Shown here piece after piece: positions 8,429 through 18,934 of a DNA stretch of 64,000 bases. How positions within the stretch are numbered: position 1 is the stretch's first letter; each line of letters opens with the position of its first letter. The stretch is from a virus, in IMG/VR virus record IMGVR_UViG_3300045988_148900, positions 32,001-96,000 of that record; one strand, 5' to 3'. The position numbers were made by a program, and so were the translations under genes. Below the pieces are notes generated by a model. The model was not told the DNA's origin and did no database searches. It saw only the letters and a program-made list of their open reading frames with translations.

Positions 8429-10809
8429 CACATGTTTCCGGCACTCTTAGGTGCAACCTGAACATTTACAGACGAGTTGCTAACAACTGCAGAACCGCCT
8501 GCATTAGACAGCTTATCACCTAAAGACTGCTGGCCCTTAGTCAAGATATCCACCTTAGCGTTAACCGTCTCTACTGCATTAAGTAGACCCTTAAGCTCCT
8601 GATCAAGACTCAGTAAATTCCCCGAAAGAGGATTGCGACCCGAACCCTCACGCATAAAGTCGGTAACCCCAGAACGAACCTCAGAGAACCCAGCAGAGTA
8701 CTCAGGGCGATAGGTCCCAACAGTCGCCTTCACAATAGCATTCTCGCCTATGAAGTAATCTCCAGTCCAACCACTGACAATAGACCCAAGCCGCTTAATC
8801 GCCGGATTGGAAATGTAACCCAAGATAGGACGACGCTCCAGCTCCGCATCTAAATTTGCCTTAGTATAATCATGAAAACGCTGCGTAGTCCAATCAGCAC
8901 CCTTCATATAACCACCGGAAGCCACAATCTCGCCCGGAGCAACCCGCAACTCCTGTAACCGACGCTGAAATTCTGGATCATTCTCGCCGCCCGGATAACC
9001 TAAAGACGCCGCATGAAGCATATCCGAAAGGGACTCAAAATGAACATTACCCAATACCGAACTACGATTCAAAGCCGATGAGTAACCACCCGGAAAATAC
9101 TTCAACGACCCATCCAGTAATGTCCTATACAACTCCGGATGTGCCTGCAAGAAAGCCTCCCTCTCCTCGGGCGTGGTTGAATTAAGCCAGTCCGTAAAAG
9201 CCTCAGACTTATTCTTCGCTGAAGCATAAGCCCCACCACCCATAGCTAACACTCCTACGGTATCCGGATTGGCGGCAAAAGCAGCATTAATAATATTATA
9301 CGAATTCTGAGACTGCAAATGATGACCCAGCCATGCATAAGTGTTAGTAGCTACTCCAAGCTGATCATCCTCAGACATCTCAGAATACAAGGTGCCGCCA
9401 CTCTGGCCGCGTAAGCTACTCAAAGCTACAAGTGCCGGAGGCCCTTCGGTCGAACCATCGTGAAACAAATAAGCTACCCCTGACCCTATCTTCAAGGCAT
9501 AAGCCATTGACTTCATATTAAACACCGTGCGAGAAGCCTTATCCATCTCCTGCCAAGCTCTAAGACCAAGCAAGGTGAAACCCATCGTCGTGACTAAGGG
9601 TCCCGCGAGCTTATAAAGTGCCGAAAGGCCGCCCCACCTAATACCTGCACCGACAGCACCTCCGGCAAGTAGACCTCCCGCAAGTGTGTCAAAAGCAGCA
9701 GAACTTCCAGAAGTAACTAAAGACTCGTTCCCGCTAATGCCATAAGCATCAAACGGTTTTTCATTAGAAAGTGTATCTGCAAAATCAGAAATACGCGAAC
9801 GCATCGTATCGGAAGCTGTAGTGTAAGCTGCAACCCCCGCCTGAGCCTGACCAAGCAAATGTTCCTTAGGGCTGGTCGTAGAAGAAGCTATCAAATCATA
9901 AACACTCGTGACCTTCTCCCAAATGGCCGTAATCTTAGAAAAAAGATCATTCCGACCATCAGGATCAATGATATTCTTCTTAATCCAGTCCTGAACCTTC
10001 GGGATACTAAGAATACCATATAAGGCCCCTGCAGTGCCCGCAATCCCACCAAGCAACTTCAATGTCGACCACCAACTACCATGATCCTTCTTAGGCTTAT
10101 TCGGCTTAGAAGCCTCGACGGTAATATTAGTACCACCGCGCTGCTTACCAAGAGCTGTCAGAATGGCGTCAGACGTGGACTCAATAGTAGCAACAGCACC
10201 CTCGAACTTCTCCTGACGATCCTCTGCAGCAAGCTCTGTAACAAGATGATCGCTATCCCCACCAATGCGAGAGTCAAGACCACTGCCCAGAGAAAAAGTA
10301 CTCTCCTGCATATATGACATCATACTCCTCCGAGACGGTGCAGACCCAGAACGAGACGACCAGTCAAGAAGAGGACGAAGCTGAGCAGGTGAAACCTGTG
10401 AAAAGGTGGGCCCCAAACCCGACTTATTAATACCAGCAGACAAAGACTGTAAACCATCCCGCTCAGATAGAGATAAACTCGGAAAAGACGACGCTGCAGT
10501 ACCTCGACGAGTCAAATCAACAGCTCGAGCCTCCTGACGCAACAATGAATCAACAGAACCACCACTCAAAGCAGTAGTCTTGATCCGAGACAGCAAACCC
10601 GCACGAGCAGACTTCTCACCCGCAGACGCTCCAGACGACTCAATAGCTTTAATCTTCGAATCCAAAGAATCCGAAAGACGAATACAATCCTCCAGAAGCT
10701 TCTGGTTAGCAAGTAAAGACTCCCGACTCAGATTGACCTTGTCGATCTTCGATAAATACTCATCTAAGGCGGCATTTAGACCGCTAATTTTGAATTTCTC
10801 GTCCGCCAT
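8428..10809 (-). CDS. tape measure protein (putative)
   Basis: 793 aa. It has a helical N-terminus and Gly/Ala-rich hydrophobic stretches (LLGGIAGTAGALYGILSI, GGLLAGGAVGAGIRWGG). It is the largest gene between the tube and baseplate genes. Confidence 0.55.
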   Translation of the reverse strand: MADEKFKISGLNAALDEYLSKIDKVNLSRESLLANQKLLEDCIRLSDSLDSKIKAIESSGASAGEKSARAGLLSRIKTTALSGGSVDSLLRQEARAVDLTRRGTAASSFPSLSLSERDGLQSLSAGINKSGLGPTFSQVSPAQLRPLLDWSSRSGSAPSRRSMMSYMQESTFSLGSGLDSRIGGDSDHLVTELAAEDRQEKFEGAVATIESTSDAILTALGKQRGGTNITVEASKPNKPKKDHGSWWSTLKLLGGIAGTAGALYGILSIPKVQDWIKKNIIDPDGRNDLFSKITAIWEKVTSVYDLIASSTTSPKEHLLGQAQAGVAAYTTASDTMRSRISDFADTLSNEKPFDAYGISGNESLVTSGSSAAFDTLAGGLLAGGAVGAGIRWGGLSALYKLAGPLVTTMGFTLLGLRAWQEMDKASRTVFNMKSMAYALKIGSGVAYLFHDGSTEGPPALVALSSLRGQSGGTLYSEMSEDDQLGVATNTYAWLGHHLQSQNSYNIINAAFAANPDTVGVLAMGGGAYASAKNKSEAFTDWLNSTTPEEREAFLQAHPELYRTLLDGSLKYFPGGYSSALNRSSVLGNVHFESLSDMLHAASLGYPGGENDPEFQRRLQELRVAPGEIVASGGYMKGADWTTQRFHDYTKANLDAELERRPILGYISNPAIKRLGSIVSGWTGDYFIGENAIVKATVGTYRPEYSAGFSEVRSGVTDFMREGSGRNPLSGNLLSLDQELKGLLNAVETVNAKVDILTKGQQSLGDKLSNAGGSAVVSNSSVNVQVAPKSAGNM

Positions 10810-10832
10810 GACATAAACCCTCTAATTGTAGA

Positions 10833-11660
10833 CTACTCGCCAGAATTCCGCAAATTAAGCTCCATCTGAGAAAGCTCCGGCATCGACAAATCCAGAAAAT
10901 CCTTGAAAGTAACCATCCCCGACAAGCTCATGAACCTGTTGACAATCTTCGCAGAGTCCATTGTAGTCACAGCCGCCGTGAAAGGAATGATAACCTTAAT
11001 ATCCCCACCACAATGAGAACACTTACCAATAGCATACTGAGGAACCCCATGATAAGTCATCTGACTAAACAACAATGCCGAAAAGTAAACATACATAGGA
11101 TACTCGTCAACCCGCTTGATGCTCGCCTCAATCTCGGACACAGACCCGATAGGCTGACCAAGAGTAGCCGCAATAAAAGCCTGCTCGTAACGCAAGGTGT
11201 AATTCTCGTAATCAGCAAGAGCGTAATTGATGATCTTCTCCTCATCCGGAACAGACAAAAAACGATACGTTACATCCATATCAATCCCATCCCAACGCTT
11301 CTTAACCTCGACAGGAGTACCCTCATCCAAAGCAATAAGCTCCTGCTGCGTAATATCATAAACAACACTATTGGTGACCGGATTCCCATTGTCGTCCTTG
11401 CACAAAGGACATACAAAGTCAGTGCTAATCTGATTCAAACAGACACCAGACGCAGCAACATCAAAAAGAAAGTCCCGATCACACAAGGTCATCTTAGACA
11501 AATCCTCCGGACGCTCCAAAAGCATCCGAACAAACTCCGTCTTCAACTGCTCGTCCGTATAAGACGCAGAGTTAATACTCCGAATATGGCCCAGCTTCGG
11601 CGTGTTCAAAACTGTCTGGTGCAGGCCAAACAAACCATTAGAAGGTAATGTTATAATCAT
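10833..11660 (-). CDS. hypothetical tail-module protein with Cys4 zinc-ribbon-like motif
   Basis: 275 aa from ATG 11660 (MIITLPSNG...). It carries CPLC ... CSHCGG. The longer track ORF overlaps the upstream gene. Confidence 0.5.
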   Translation of the reverse strand: MIITLPSNGLFGLHQTVLNTPKLGHIRSINSASYTDEQLKTEFVRMLLERPEDLSKMTLCDRDFLFDVAASGVCLNQISTDFVCPLCKDDNGNPVTNSVVYDITQQELIALDEGTPVEVKKRWDGIDMDVTYRFLSVPDEEKIINYALADYENYTLRYEQAFIAATLGQPIGSVSEIEASIKRVDEYPMYVYFSALLFSQMTYHGVPQYAIGKCSHCGGDIKVIIPFTAAVTTMDSAKIVNRFMSLSGMVTFKDFLDLSMPELSQMELNLRNSGE

Positions 11661-11668
11661 AATAAAAA

Positions 11669-12484
11669 CTATTTTGCTGACGAAACCATAGGATAAACCG
11701 TCGATCCTTTCATAGCAGAGGTACGATCCTTCCCTAAAAGAGACCCTACATTCCATTTAATAAACTGGTACCCTATCTGCTGAGTAAAAGACATCGGTGA
11801 AACCCCAGACGGATTAGGAGACGGTGTAGGCGTACCAAAAACACAACGAGTAAATCTACACAACTCCAGCTCCTCGTCTGCCTCCGTGATATCGGAATTC
11901 GGACATAAAGCAATAAGAGCAATTGATGGGCGAATATAGATATCCGTACCCACGGTATCAATAGAGCCCCCGCCGGAACCTCCAAAAACATCGGCATCAT
12001 TATTAAACCTATTTGTTTCTGCAGCTGCCCGAGCCGACTCGGTAGCACGCGGACCCACTACCATACTATCAATATCAACCCAATTACGCTGTACAGGAGC
12101 ACGCAGTAACCCATCGCTGGAAAACTGCTCATTATAATACATCAGACTCGGAAAGCTCTTAGAGGCAAAGTCTGCATCCCCTGAAATATAAAAAGTTATC
12201 GACAAATAATCAGTCTGAACAGAGGGCATTGGTACACCATACACCGAACCATGAGGTGACCACGACAAAGCAGCCCCCGGAAGTGTAATACCCGTAAGTA
12301 AAAAATCGGTTGAATCTAAGGACATTCCATTTCCTATAAACCGCAAAACAAAGTCTCCCTGAAGCAACGGCGCAATAGGACGGTCCTGAGACAGAAGACC
12401 TGAACCAAGAGACCCCGACGACTGGCTCATCAACTTCACACGACTGGCAATAGCCTGCTTAACCAAATTGTTTAACCTTCCCAT
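11669..12484 (-). CDS. tail-tube-fold paralog (possible tube initiator/baseplate tube protein)
   Basis: 271 aa. FLLTGITLPGAALSW...SVQTDYLSITFY aligns loosely with the VQS.TFP core of the two tube-like proteins at 12489-13016 and 14737-15243. Confidence 0.4.
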   Translation of the reverse strand: MGRLNNLVKQAIASRVKLMSQSSGSLGSGLLSQDRPIAPLLQGDFVLRFIGNGMSLDSTDFLLTGITLPGAALSWSPHGSVYGVPMPSVQTDYLSITFYISGDADFASKSFPSLMYYNEQFSSDGLLRAPVQRNWVDIDSMVVGPRATESARAAAETNRFNNDADVFGGSGGGSIDTVGTDIYIRPSIALIALCPNSDITEADEELELCRFTRCVFGTPTPSPNPSGVSPMSFTQQIGYQFIKWNVGSLLGKDRTSAMKGSTVYPMVSSAK

Positions 12485-12488
12485 GACT

Positions 12489-13016
12489 CTAACCCAAAGG
12501 CGATAACTTCGAAATGTAAGTATAATGAACCTTCACGTTCCACACAATAGCCTCCGTGGCTGACGACGTCTTCGAAAACTGAGCAGGATCAATGCCCTTA
12601 ATAAAAGCCTTCTCCAGCTGAACAGCCGTAAGCAAGGACGCAGATGTCATAGAACCAACACGTGCAAGAGAATTCAAAGCCCCTCCGGTACCAAGAACAT
12701 CCAGCATATTGCCCATTATCAGTGTAATGGTATGCATCTTACGCTCATAGAAAGCACGCTCAATCTCATACCGAACAGTAGTAAACATACTATCGGGTAT
12801 CTCGAAGGACCAATCGCCCGGCTTGAAAACATGAGTCGGAAGCTCTATATCAACTCCCCTATGAGGAACCGTAACCGTAGCTAATTCCTCCGTGGGAAAA
12901 GTAAGAGACTGAACCAAGATGGTAGACTGAGGTAACGCAGGCCACACCATCGTGATATCGCGCTTCGTAAGCGGTGACGTAACAAGTGCCTTAAAAGCAT
13001 CTATGCGATAACTCAT
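12489..13016 (-). CDS. tail tube protein paralog
   Basis: 175 aa from ATG 13016. VQSLTFPTEELATVTVPHRGVDIELPTHVFKPGDWSFEIPDS aligns with VQSTTFPSEQLRTTVLYMDGEEVRYPTIPQNSGTWGFNVPET of 14737-15243. Confidence 0.5.
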   Translation of the reverse strand: MSYRIDAFKALVTSPLTKRDITMVWPALPQSTILVQSLTFPTEELATVTVPHRGVDIELPTHVFKPGDWSFEIPDSMFTTVRYEIERAFYERKMHTITLIMGNMLDVLGTGGALNSLARVGSMTSASLLTAVQLEKAFIKGIDPAQFSKTSSATEAIVWNVKVHYTYISKLSPLG

Positions 13017-13023
13017 GAAACCT

Positions 13024-13071
13024 AAACAAAAAGCTGTGAGCGTGGGACAATATAAACCCACAGCCCACAGC
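13024..13071 (-). terminator. intrinsic terminator (minus strand)
   Basis: Minus strand reads GCTGTGGGCTGTGGG-TTTATATTGT-CCCACGCTCACAGC, a stem of about 14 bp with one bulge, followed by TTTTTGTTT. It lies downstream of 13104-14675. Confidence 0.75.
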
Positions 13072-13103
13072 GGTTAATTAAATGCAATCGTATAATGCCT
13101 CTA

Positions 13104-14675
13104 CTACGCCCCCTCCGTAATAGAAGCATTGTCCATCGGACCAAATACCTCATCTAAATGAGCATCTGCCTCGTCGTAACCACAATGCTCCTCGTGGCAG
13201 AACATCACAGCATCAAAGATGTCATCAATCTGAGACTTCGTCGGATTGGTGACCGTGTACTCTTTAGGAATCACACCATAGTCACCGAACTTCTTGAACA
13301 GCTGGACACCAACCGTCGAAATATCAGCTTTAGCATAGAAGGCGTCAATCCCCTCATTGTCATACAGATCATCCAAACGATCCTCGTCGCCGTCCAGAGC
13401 ATCTTTGCTCTTGCCATAAACAATCAGCATGGCCTCATCGCCCTGATCATGATTGTCGAGTTTGATCTGCTCCGACCACAGAACATAGTCCTCCATCGAG
13501 TACTCAATGCCATTCTTATTGAACGCCTCCGCAAGAGTATCATAAACAACCTCCTCTGATGCATCTGAAACCTTCTTGCCGCGACAAACACAAGGTGCAC
13601 TGTCACTCACTTTATTGCTCTTCAGCTCTAAATCGTTATCAAGATATGATACAACCTCATCTGACGACAAATGTTCATCCGAGCAGAACAAAGCAGCATC
13701 AATAATCTCTCTAACCTGACCAATAGTAGGATTAATAATGTTCCATTCTGCAGACGGACCCTTATCAGATTTAACATCATAAACCTGAATACCCAACACC
13801 TCCAAAGGAGTCTGATCATAGAAGGCATTATCACCAACCTCATCGTAACGAGACGCCAAAACATCCAAAACAGGATCAGTATAAGCATCTTTAGCCATAC
13901 CATAAATCTGAATCTGACCCGCGTCTGCCTGATTGCCATGACCATCAAACTTCTGCTCGTTCATCCAAATAACATAATCCTCAAGGGTATAAGGAAGGTT
14001 AGCATCATCCAAAGCATCCGCCAAATCAGCATAGGTCAAAGTCGCATCATCTTTAACATGCGCCTTCCGAACAGGCTTGCCAACACGCTCACCGACAATC
14101 TTAGCAACCTCGGCCGAATCCTGAACATACCCAGAATCAGACGTCGGAAGAGCCTGATCCAACGCAACAGCTGCATCCTCTGCCGACGACTCCGAGCCGC
14201 GAACATCTGCAACAATCTTCGCGACAGTCTCGAATAACTCTTTAGACGGATTCTTCCACATCCACTCCTTGTAGAAGTCTGACTCGTCGTCAATAAGCTG
14301 AACAAGTAAATACTCCGCGGCAGTCTCAGCAAGAGCCTCATCCATCTTAAAGTACTTAGAACGGCTCCCGCGGAAAACCTCTTCTCGAGCCTCAGTATCC
14401 ATACCACCTACGCTCATATCCAAGCGAACCTCATGACCGTCGTTAATCCATGAATAATTACTCCACATAGTGCCATCGAAAAGCTGCATGTCAACATTGT
14501 GCTTCCGAGAGAGAACCACAGCATCCGTATAAGAGAACGGTACAAGCACCTCCTCCGAATCTGAAACACGACCGCGCTTGCGAGGCAAAGCTGAATCTGA
14601 TACACGACCACTCCGGTTGGTCGAAACCGAGATAACGTCGCCTACAACCTCAGTATAAAAATCTACACTATTCAT
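13104..14675 (-). CDS. acidic protein with internal tandem duplication, function unknown
   Basis: 523 aa. It has two internal repeats of about 150 aa (..LTYADLADALDDANLPYTLEDYVIWMNEQKFDGHG.. vs ..VVYDTLAEAFNKNGIEYSMEDYVLWSEQIKLDNHD..). Confidence 0.6.
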   Translation of the reverse strand: MNSVDFYTEVVGDVISVSTNRSGRVSDSALPRKRGRVSDSEEVLVPFSYTDAVVLSRKHNVDMQLFDGTMWSNYSWINDGHEVRLDMSVGGMDTEAREEVFRGSRSKYFKMDEALAETAAEYLLVQLIDDESDFYKEWMWKNPSKELFETVAKIVADVRGSESSAEDAAVALDQALPTSDSGYVQDSAEVAKIVGERVGKPVRKAHVKDDATLTYADLADALDDANLPYTLEDYVIWMNEQKFDGHGNQADAGQIQIYGMAKDAYTDPVLDVLASRYDEVGDNAFYDQTPLEVLGIQVYDVKSDKGPSAEWNIINPTIGQVREIIDAALFCSDEHLSSDEVVSYLDNDLELKSNKVSDSAPCVCRGKKVSDASEEVVYDTLAEAFNKNGIEYSMEDYVLWSEQIKLDNHDQGDEAMLIVYGKSKDALDGDEDRLDDLYDNEGIDAFYAKADISTVGVQLFKKFGDYGVIPKEYTVTNPTKSQIDDIFDAVMFCHEEHCGYDEADAHLDEVFGPMDNASITEGA

Positions 14676-14736
14676 AAAAAAATAAGTTTAAGTCCACTAA
14701 TAATACAAAAGTAAAATAAATTACTGAAACCGCAAA

Positions 14737-15243
14737 CTATTTACCCCGCAAATTTTTTTCCTCAAGCCACTGATATCGGATAACCCAGTCGTACCGGAAG
14801 TTCGTCTCCACGCTCTGCTTGTTGAGCTGAATGTCATTGTGGCCCTGAAGCCATGCACCATGAAGAACTACACAGAAAGACTCAACGGAATTCAAATCCC
14901 GGCAAGTAACCGTAATATCCCGCCATAAAGAAATGTCAGGCGTGAAAGCTCCGGACTTCTGGTTCCACATCTGAGCCTTGATGGCGTTCAAGGCAGCACC
15001 AATAGATCCGTCATCCGTCTCGGGAACATTAAAACCCCAAGTACCGCTGTTCTGCGGAATGGTAGGATAACGAACCTCTTCACCATCCATATATAAGACC
15101 GTAGTCCTAAGCTGCTCCGACGGAAAAGTCGTAGACTGAACCGTGATGGCGTAATCCTCAAAACCCGGAATATCCAACGCAAAGTTATGCGTATTCATCG
15201 GATTTGAAATGACATTCGTAAAAGTAGATATCTTAATAGACAT
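14737..15243 (-). CDS. tail tube protein (putative, T4 gp19-sized)
   Basis: 168 aa, immediately downstream of the sheath-sized gene. It has paralogs at 12489-13016 and 11669-12484. Confidence 0.5.
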   Translation of the reverse strand: MSIKISTFTNVISNPMNTHNFALDIPGFEDYAITVQSTTFPSEQLRTTVLYMDGEEVRYPTIPQNSGTWGFNVPETDDGSIGAALNAIKAQMWNQKSGAFTPDISLWRDITVTCRDLNSVESFCVVLHGAWLQGHNDIQLNKQSVETNFRYDWVIRYQWLEEKNLRGK

Positions 15244-15284
15244 GACCTAAATGTATTTATCGAATTAACAACCTCTATAAAAGA

Positions 15285-17099
15285 CTACGCTGACATCGAA
15301 ACATCCGCCGAAACAGAACCGTCGCGTGCTACAACCGTAATGAATACCTTCTCCGTAAGGCTCATGAAGTAGCAAACAAGCTGAATGCGCAAGTAACGAC
15401 CACCATTCGTATTCACATCCGAATTGAGCTCATCTCCCACATTAGCATACGACTCCACCTTCAACTCCTGACGAGCAGCAAAATTGCCAAGAAGCGTATT
15501 CAAACGACCCTCCAAAGCAAGGCGATTCGACCGATTGGCAGCAACATCCGTATGGATAACCTCCTCGACCATATCGAAAGTCTGAGAAAGCAACGCCGCC
15601 GTAACACGCATGACGTTCAAGCGAGCGAAGTAAGACTCGCCGGCACCATACAAGTCGCGGATGCAGAAGATGTAATTGCCAACAGCCGACGAGTAAACAG
15701 ACCCAATACCATCCTCATCGTGCATAGCTACAACCGTGTCGAAATCAAGAGTCCGAACAAGAGACCCCGAGAACGAACCGTAAGCCTTGTAAGACGGAAG
15801 CTGGTTGCGATTATGCAGTGCTGACGCAACCGCACAAATACGTCCAGCCCAAGCAGCGGTGCAATCTAAGTCGAACCGCTGAATACCAAGAGTGGTGCGT
15901 AGCGTATAAGTCTCCCAGCCCACAATCCCCGACGTAAACATGCGAAGACCCCCATTGCTAATGCTGGCGATATTAAACCATGCAACAGCATTGTCTCGCG
16001 TCTCAGAATCAGGAGTACCTTTGGACTTCCAATAATATGGATTAGTAATTGTCGGAAAACCAACCAAAGAATTACAATCCTTGCGAGACTCCGAAACAGA
16101 GGACATGGCTGACAAAACAGAAGCATAATCAGTAAAACCAGTAATCGCAGAGGAAGCATCAGACGCCTTTTTAGAATCCATTAACGGAATGAAAGAGCTA
16201 ACAAGCAACGTAGAAGAAGAAATATCTCGATCCCCAAACAACCCATAAGCTAACTTAAAGGCTGACGCCGAATAAGCCGGAGCTTGCATAGACACATCCT
16301 TAGAAGCCGTAGAAACTTCATAGCCCTGAATATCACCCATACCCACATTCACATACGACAAAGCTACTCCAGTCGAGGAAGTCGGAGTCGTATACTTAGA
16401 AGTATTTGAGTACGCCCACGTAATATCCGTAGTAAAGTAAGCTGAATTGTTCGATATCTGATCAGCATAGAAGTATGAAACCCCACTGGCCTCTAATTCC
16501 TCCAAAGTAAAGGACAACGTCTCTAACGTGTTATTGAAAGACGGAGTGGACTTGCCAGAAGAATCATAAGTAAAGCCGGAAAAAGCCGAAAGCGTGAGAG
16601 TAAACAACTGCTTCTGCATGAAAGTCTTGGACGACGACAAAGACACTCGCATCGGAAAACCTCCCGGATAACGCAACCGGAAAGCAGCAACAGAACCCTC
16701 TTTGATCGGATTATTCTCACTCGACGTAACAGCTTTAAAATCTGTAGCCTCCGTATCATCAGCGTAAGTAAAATCAGCATCGGCGGTCAACACGCCTTGA
16801 GCATCAATGCTAAAGAACACCCACGGCTCCGAAGTAGAGGCATCCTTACCAAGCCGTACAACCTCAACAAAGGAAGCACCCATCTCTAAAACACGAGTAA
16901 CAGTCGCTAAAGATGAATTTAACCGACCAAGACCCTGAGGATTAAACAAAGTCCGATAAGTGCTACTATTGCAAACCGTGGGAACACCAACAGGACCCCA
17001 GTTCGTATCTGCTACAACCCCGACGATATCTGAACCGTCCGAAACAGAGATGTAGTTAGTCTCATCTAAAAAATCGACTTGGATAAGATTCGAAGCCAT
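15285..17099 (-). CDS. tail sheath protein (putative; positional/size call)
   Basis: 604 aa from ATG 17099. It lies directly upstream of the tube gene and is preceded by a terminator plus the conserved box. No motif was verified by eye. Confidence 0.45.
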   Translation of the reverse strand: MASNLIQVDFLDETNYISVSDGSDIVGVVADTNWGPVGVPTVCNSSTYRTLFNPQGLGRLNSSLATVTRVLEMGASFVEVVRLGKDASTSEPWVFFSIDAQGVLTADADFTYADDTEATDFKAVTSSENNPIKEGSVAAFRLRYPGGFPMRVSLSSSKTFMQKQLFTLTLSAFSGFTYDSSGKSTPSFNNTLETLSFTLEELEASGVSYFYADQISNNSAYFTTDITWAYSNTSKYTTPTSSTGVALSYVNVGMGDIQGYEVSTASKDVSMQAPAYSASAFKLAYGLFGDRDISSSTLLVSSFIPLMDSKKASDASSAITGFTDYASVLSAMSSVSESRKDCNSLVGFPTITNPYYWKSKGTPDSETRDNAVAWFNIASISNGGLRMFTSGIVGWETYTLRTTLGIQRFDLDCTAAWAGRICAVASALHNRNQLPSYKAYGSFSGSLVRTLDFDTVVAMHDEDGIGSVYSSAVGNYIFCIRDLYGAGESYFARLNVMRVTAALLSQTFDMVEEVIHTDVAANRSNRLALEGRLNTLLGNFAARQELKVESYANVGDELNSDVNTNGGRYLRIQLVCYFMSLTEKVFITVVARDGSVSADVSMSA

Positions 17100-17122
17100 A
17101 ATAAAAAACAATTTAATTTAAC

Positions 17123-17136
17123 GGATATATAATTGC
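17123..17136 (-). promoter_or_regulatory. conserved phage box GGATATATAATTGC, putative late promoter
   Basis: 23 nt upstream of ATG 17099 and immediately downstream of terminator 17150-17191. Confidence 0.55.
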
Positions 17137-17149
17137 TTCTGCTTACACA

Positions 17150-17191
17150 AAGAAAAAGCAGGCCCCGGGCAAACCACCTCCCGAAACCTGC
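17150..17191 (-). terminator. intrinsic terminator (minus strand)
   Basis: Minus-strand RNA reads GCAGGUUUCGGG-AGGUGGUUUG-CCCGGGGCCUGC, 12 bp including 3 G.U pairs, followed by UUUUUCUUUG. Confidence 0.75.
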
Positions 17192-17218
17192 ACATGTGTA
17201 CTGCTACACAAGTTATCT

Positions 17219-17848
17219 CTAAACGGAAACCTTCAAATTATCAACCGTAGGCTCTACACCTCCGATAGGCAAGTCACCCTCTGCAGCAAGCCACTCCTCT
17301 GCCTCCACGCCATTGGGTACAATGTAGATCCTATACCCCAGCCACCGCATAGCTTCGTCATAATCCTCCAGCTGAAGAACAGAACGCCAGCGCATGGTCA
17401 AAACACGACGCGCGCCCTTCCGATCCAAATTGTCACGCTCCGACTCTACACGGAAAGACAAAAGACGCATACCCACATCCAAAAGCCAGTCTGCACCCTT
17501 CGGACGAACATGAGCATAAGAGTCATAACTCCAATGTTGACGTATGGCATTAGCAATAGCCCAAATATCCGACTGCTTCTCGGTGACGAGCTTCGCAGTA
17601 TAAATCTGCTCAAAAGGAAAAGTCCGGATATGCTGAAGAGTGCCGTCGACGTCAGTCTCATAAGAGTCGTAAGGAACTCCCGATACAATGTCACTATCCT
17701 CACGTGAATAGATCAACGACGGATACTTAACAATAGCATCCTTCGACAGAAGCTTATCAATATCAGCCGCATAAATCATCTCACGCAACTTAGGATAAGC
17801 CGCATGAAACCATTCTAAAACCGCCTTCTCGTACTGAAGCAACAACAT
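17219..17848 (-). CDS. hypothetical neck/tail-completion-module protein
   Basis: 209 aa, ATG start. It is the last of four genes between the accessory cluster and the sheath gene. Confidence 0.5.
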   Translation of the reverse strand: MLLLQYEKAVLEWFHAAYPKLREMIYAADIDKLLSKDAIVKYPSLIYSREDSDIVSGVPYDSYETDVDGTLQHIRTFPFEQIYTAKLVTEKQSDIWAIANAIRQHWSYDSYAHVRPKGADWLLDVGMRLLSFRVESERDNLDRKGARRVLTMRWRSVLQLEDYDEAMRWLGYRIYIVPNGVEAEEWLAAEGDLPIGGVEPTVDNLKVSV

Positions 17849-17851
17849 GAC

Positions 17852-18355
17852 CTATGCAATATAAGCTAAGGAATCTATGAAATCGTCATAACTGGAAACA
17901 CTCGACACAACGTCTAAAACATAATCAATGAAAGACCCAAAGTCCCCATATGACCAAGACGACGCATCAAGAACTACTGCATCACGATCCACAGACGGCT
18001 TAGCAATCGTAATCTCGTCCCCAGAAAACCAAATTCGAAACACATCTGACCCCGAAAGAGGCTTAACAATAAAGGATGTACCTGACGACGAACCCTCCAC
18101 AACTGAAATATCAGGTATAATAGATCCAAGAACCCGCGCCAAAACCTCTGCAGACGGACGATCTGACGAAGCCGCGTCCGCAACCTCCTCACGAGCCCGC
18201 TCGCGCAAGTCCTCCAAAGACGGAACATGAGCATCCGCACCACCACGATGACGATGATACTCCGAGAGACCCAAGCCTATCTTGCGACCATCACGAGCCT
18301 TCTTATTAACTGACGCAGCGTTATCACTATCAATCACATCCTTATAAAACACCAT
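17852..18355 (-). CDS. hypothetical neck-module protein
   Basis: 167 aa, ATG 18355, tightly packed with its neighbours. Confidence 0.5.
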   Translation of the reverse strand: MVFYKDVIDSDNAASVNKKARDGRKIGLGLSEYHRHRGGADAHVPSLEDLRERAREEVADAASSDRPSAEVLARVLGSIIPDISVVEGSSSGTSFIVKPLSGSDVFRIWFSGDEITIAKPSVDRDAVVLDASSWSYGDFGSFIDYVLDVVSSVSSYDDFIDSLAYIA

Positions 18356-18368
18356 GACACACCTAAGA

Positions 18369-18932
18369 TTAAATGCCCGACGAATAAATGAATATAGACT
18401 CCTTCAGCTCCTCATAGCGACTCCGGCATGTAGACGCAAAATCGGATAAAGCATCCAAGTTAACCTGACCATTATCCGCATCAAGAACTACCGACCGAAG
18501 AATAGACAACTCCTTCTCGGCCATCTTGCTCAATACATACATCAAAGCAAAAACAAGCTGATCGCCTGCTAAGGTATCAAGATCTGACAAACGCAAATAA
18601 CGACGGTAAGTAACACGAGCAGGAACATAGCGACACAGAATCTGATGAGCACCGCGATCCAACTCTACACGAACACTCCGGTTACCCTGAAAAGGAAAAG
18701 TGAGCTTTGCATTAACAACAGCAAAGACATCCTCATCAACATACGTGGTCATGGAATTCAAAACCATGTAATCCGTGATATACAAGTCCGACCGAAGCTC
18801 GTCAACGCAAGACGCTATAAGAACATCCAAATCCGAAACCGCCTGCGTAGTAACACCGTCGCCATACCAACAAGACGCCGTCTGTGGAATGACATACTGA
18901 GACCACAACTTATCCTTAAAAGAAACTGCCAT
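18369..18932 (-). CDS. hypothetical neck-module protein
   Basis: 187 aa, ATG 18932, 2 nt after the upstream stop. Confidence 0.5.
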   Translation of the reverse strand: MAVSFKDKLWSQYVIPQTASCWYGDGVTTQAVSDLDVLIASCVDELRSDLYITDYMVLNSMTTYVDEDVFAVVNAKLTFPFQGNRSVRVELDRGAHQILCRYVPARVTYRRYLRLSDLDTLAGDQLVFALMYVLSKMAEKELSILRSVVLDADNGQVNLDALSDFASTCRSRYEELKESIFIYSSGI

Positions 18933-18934
18933 CG

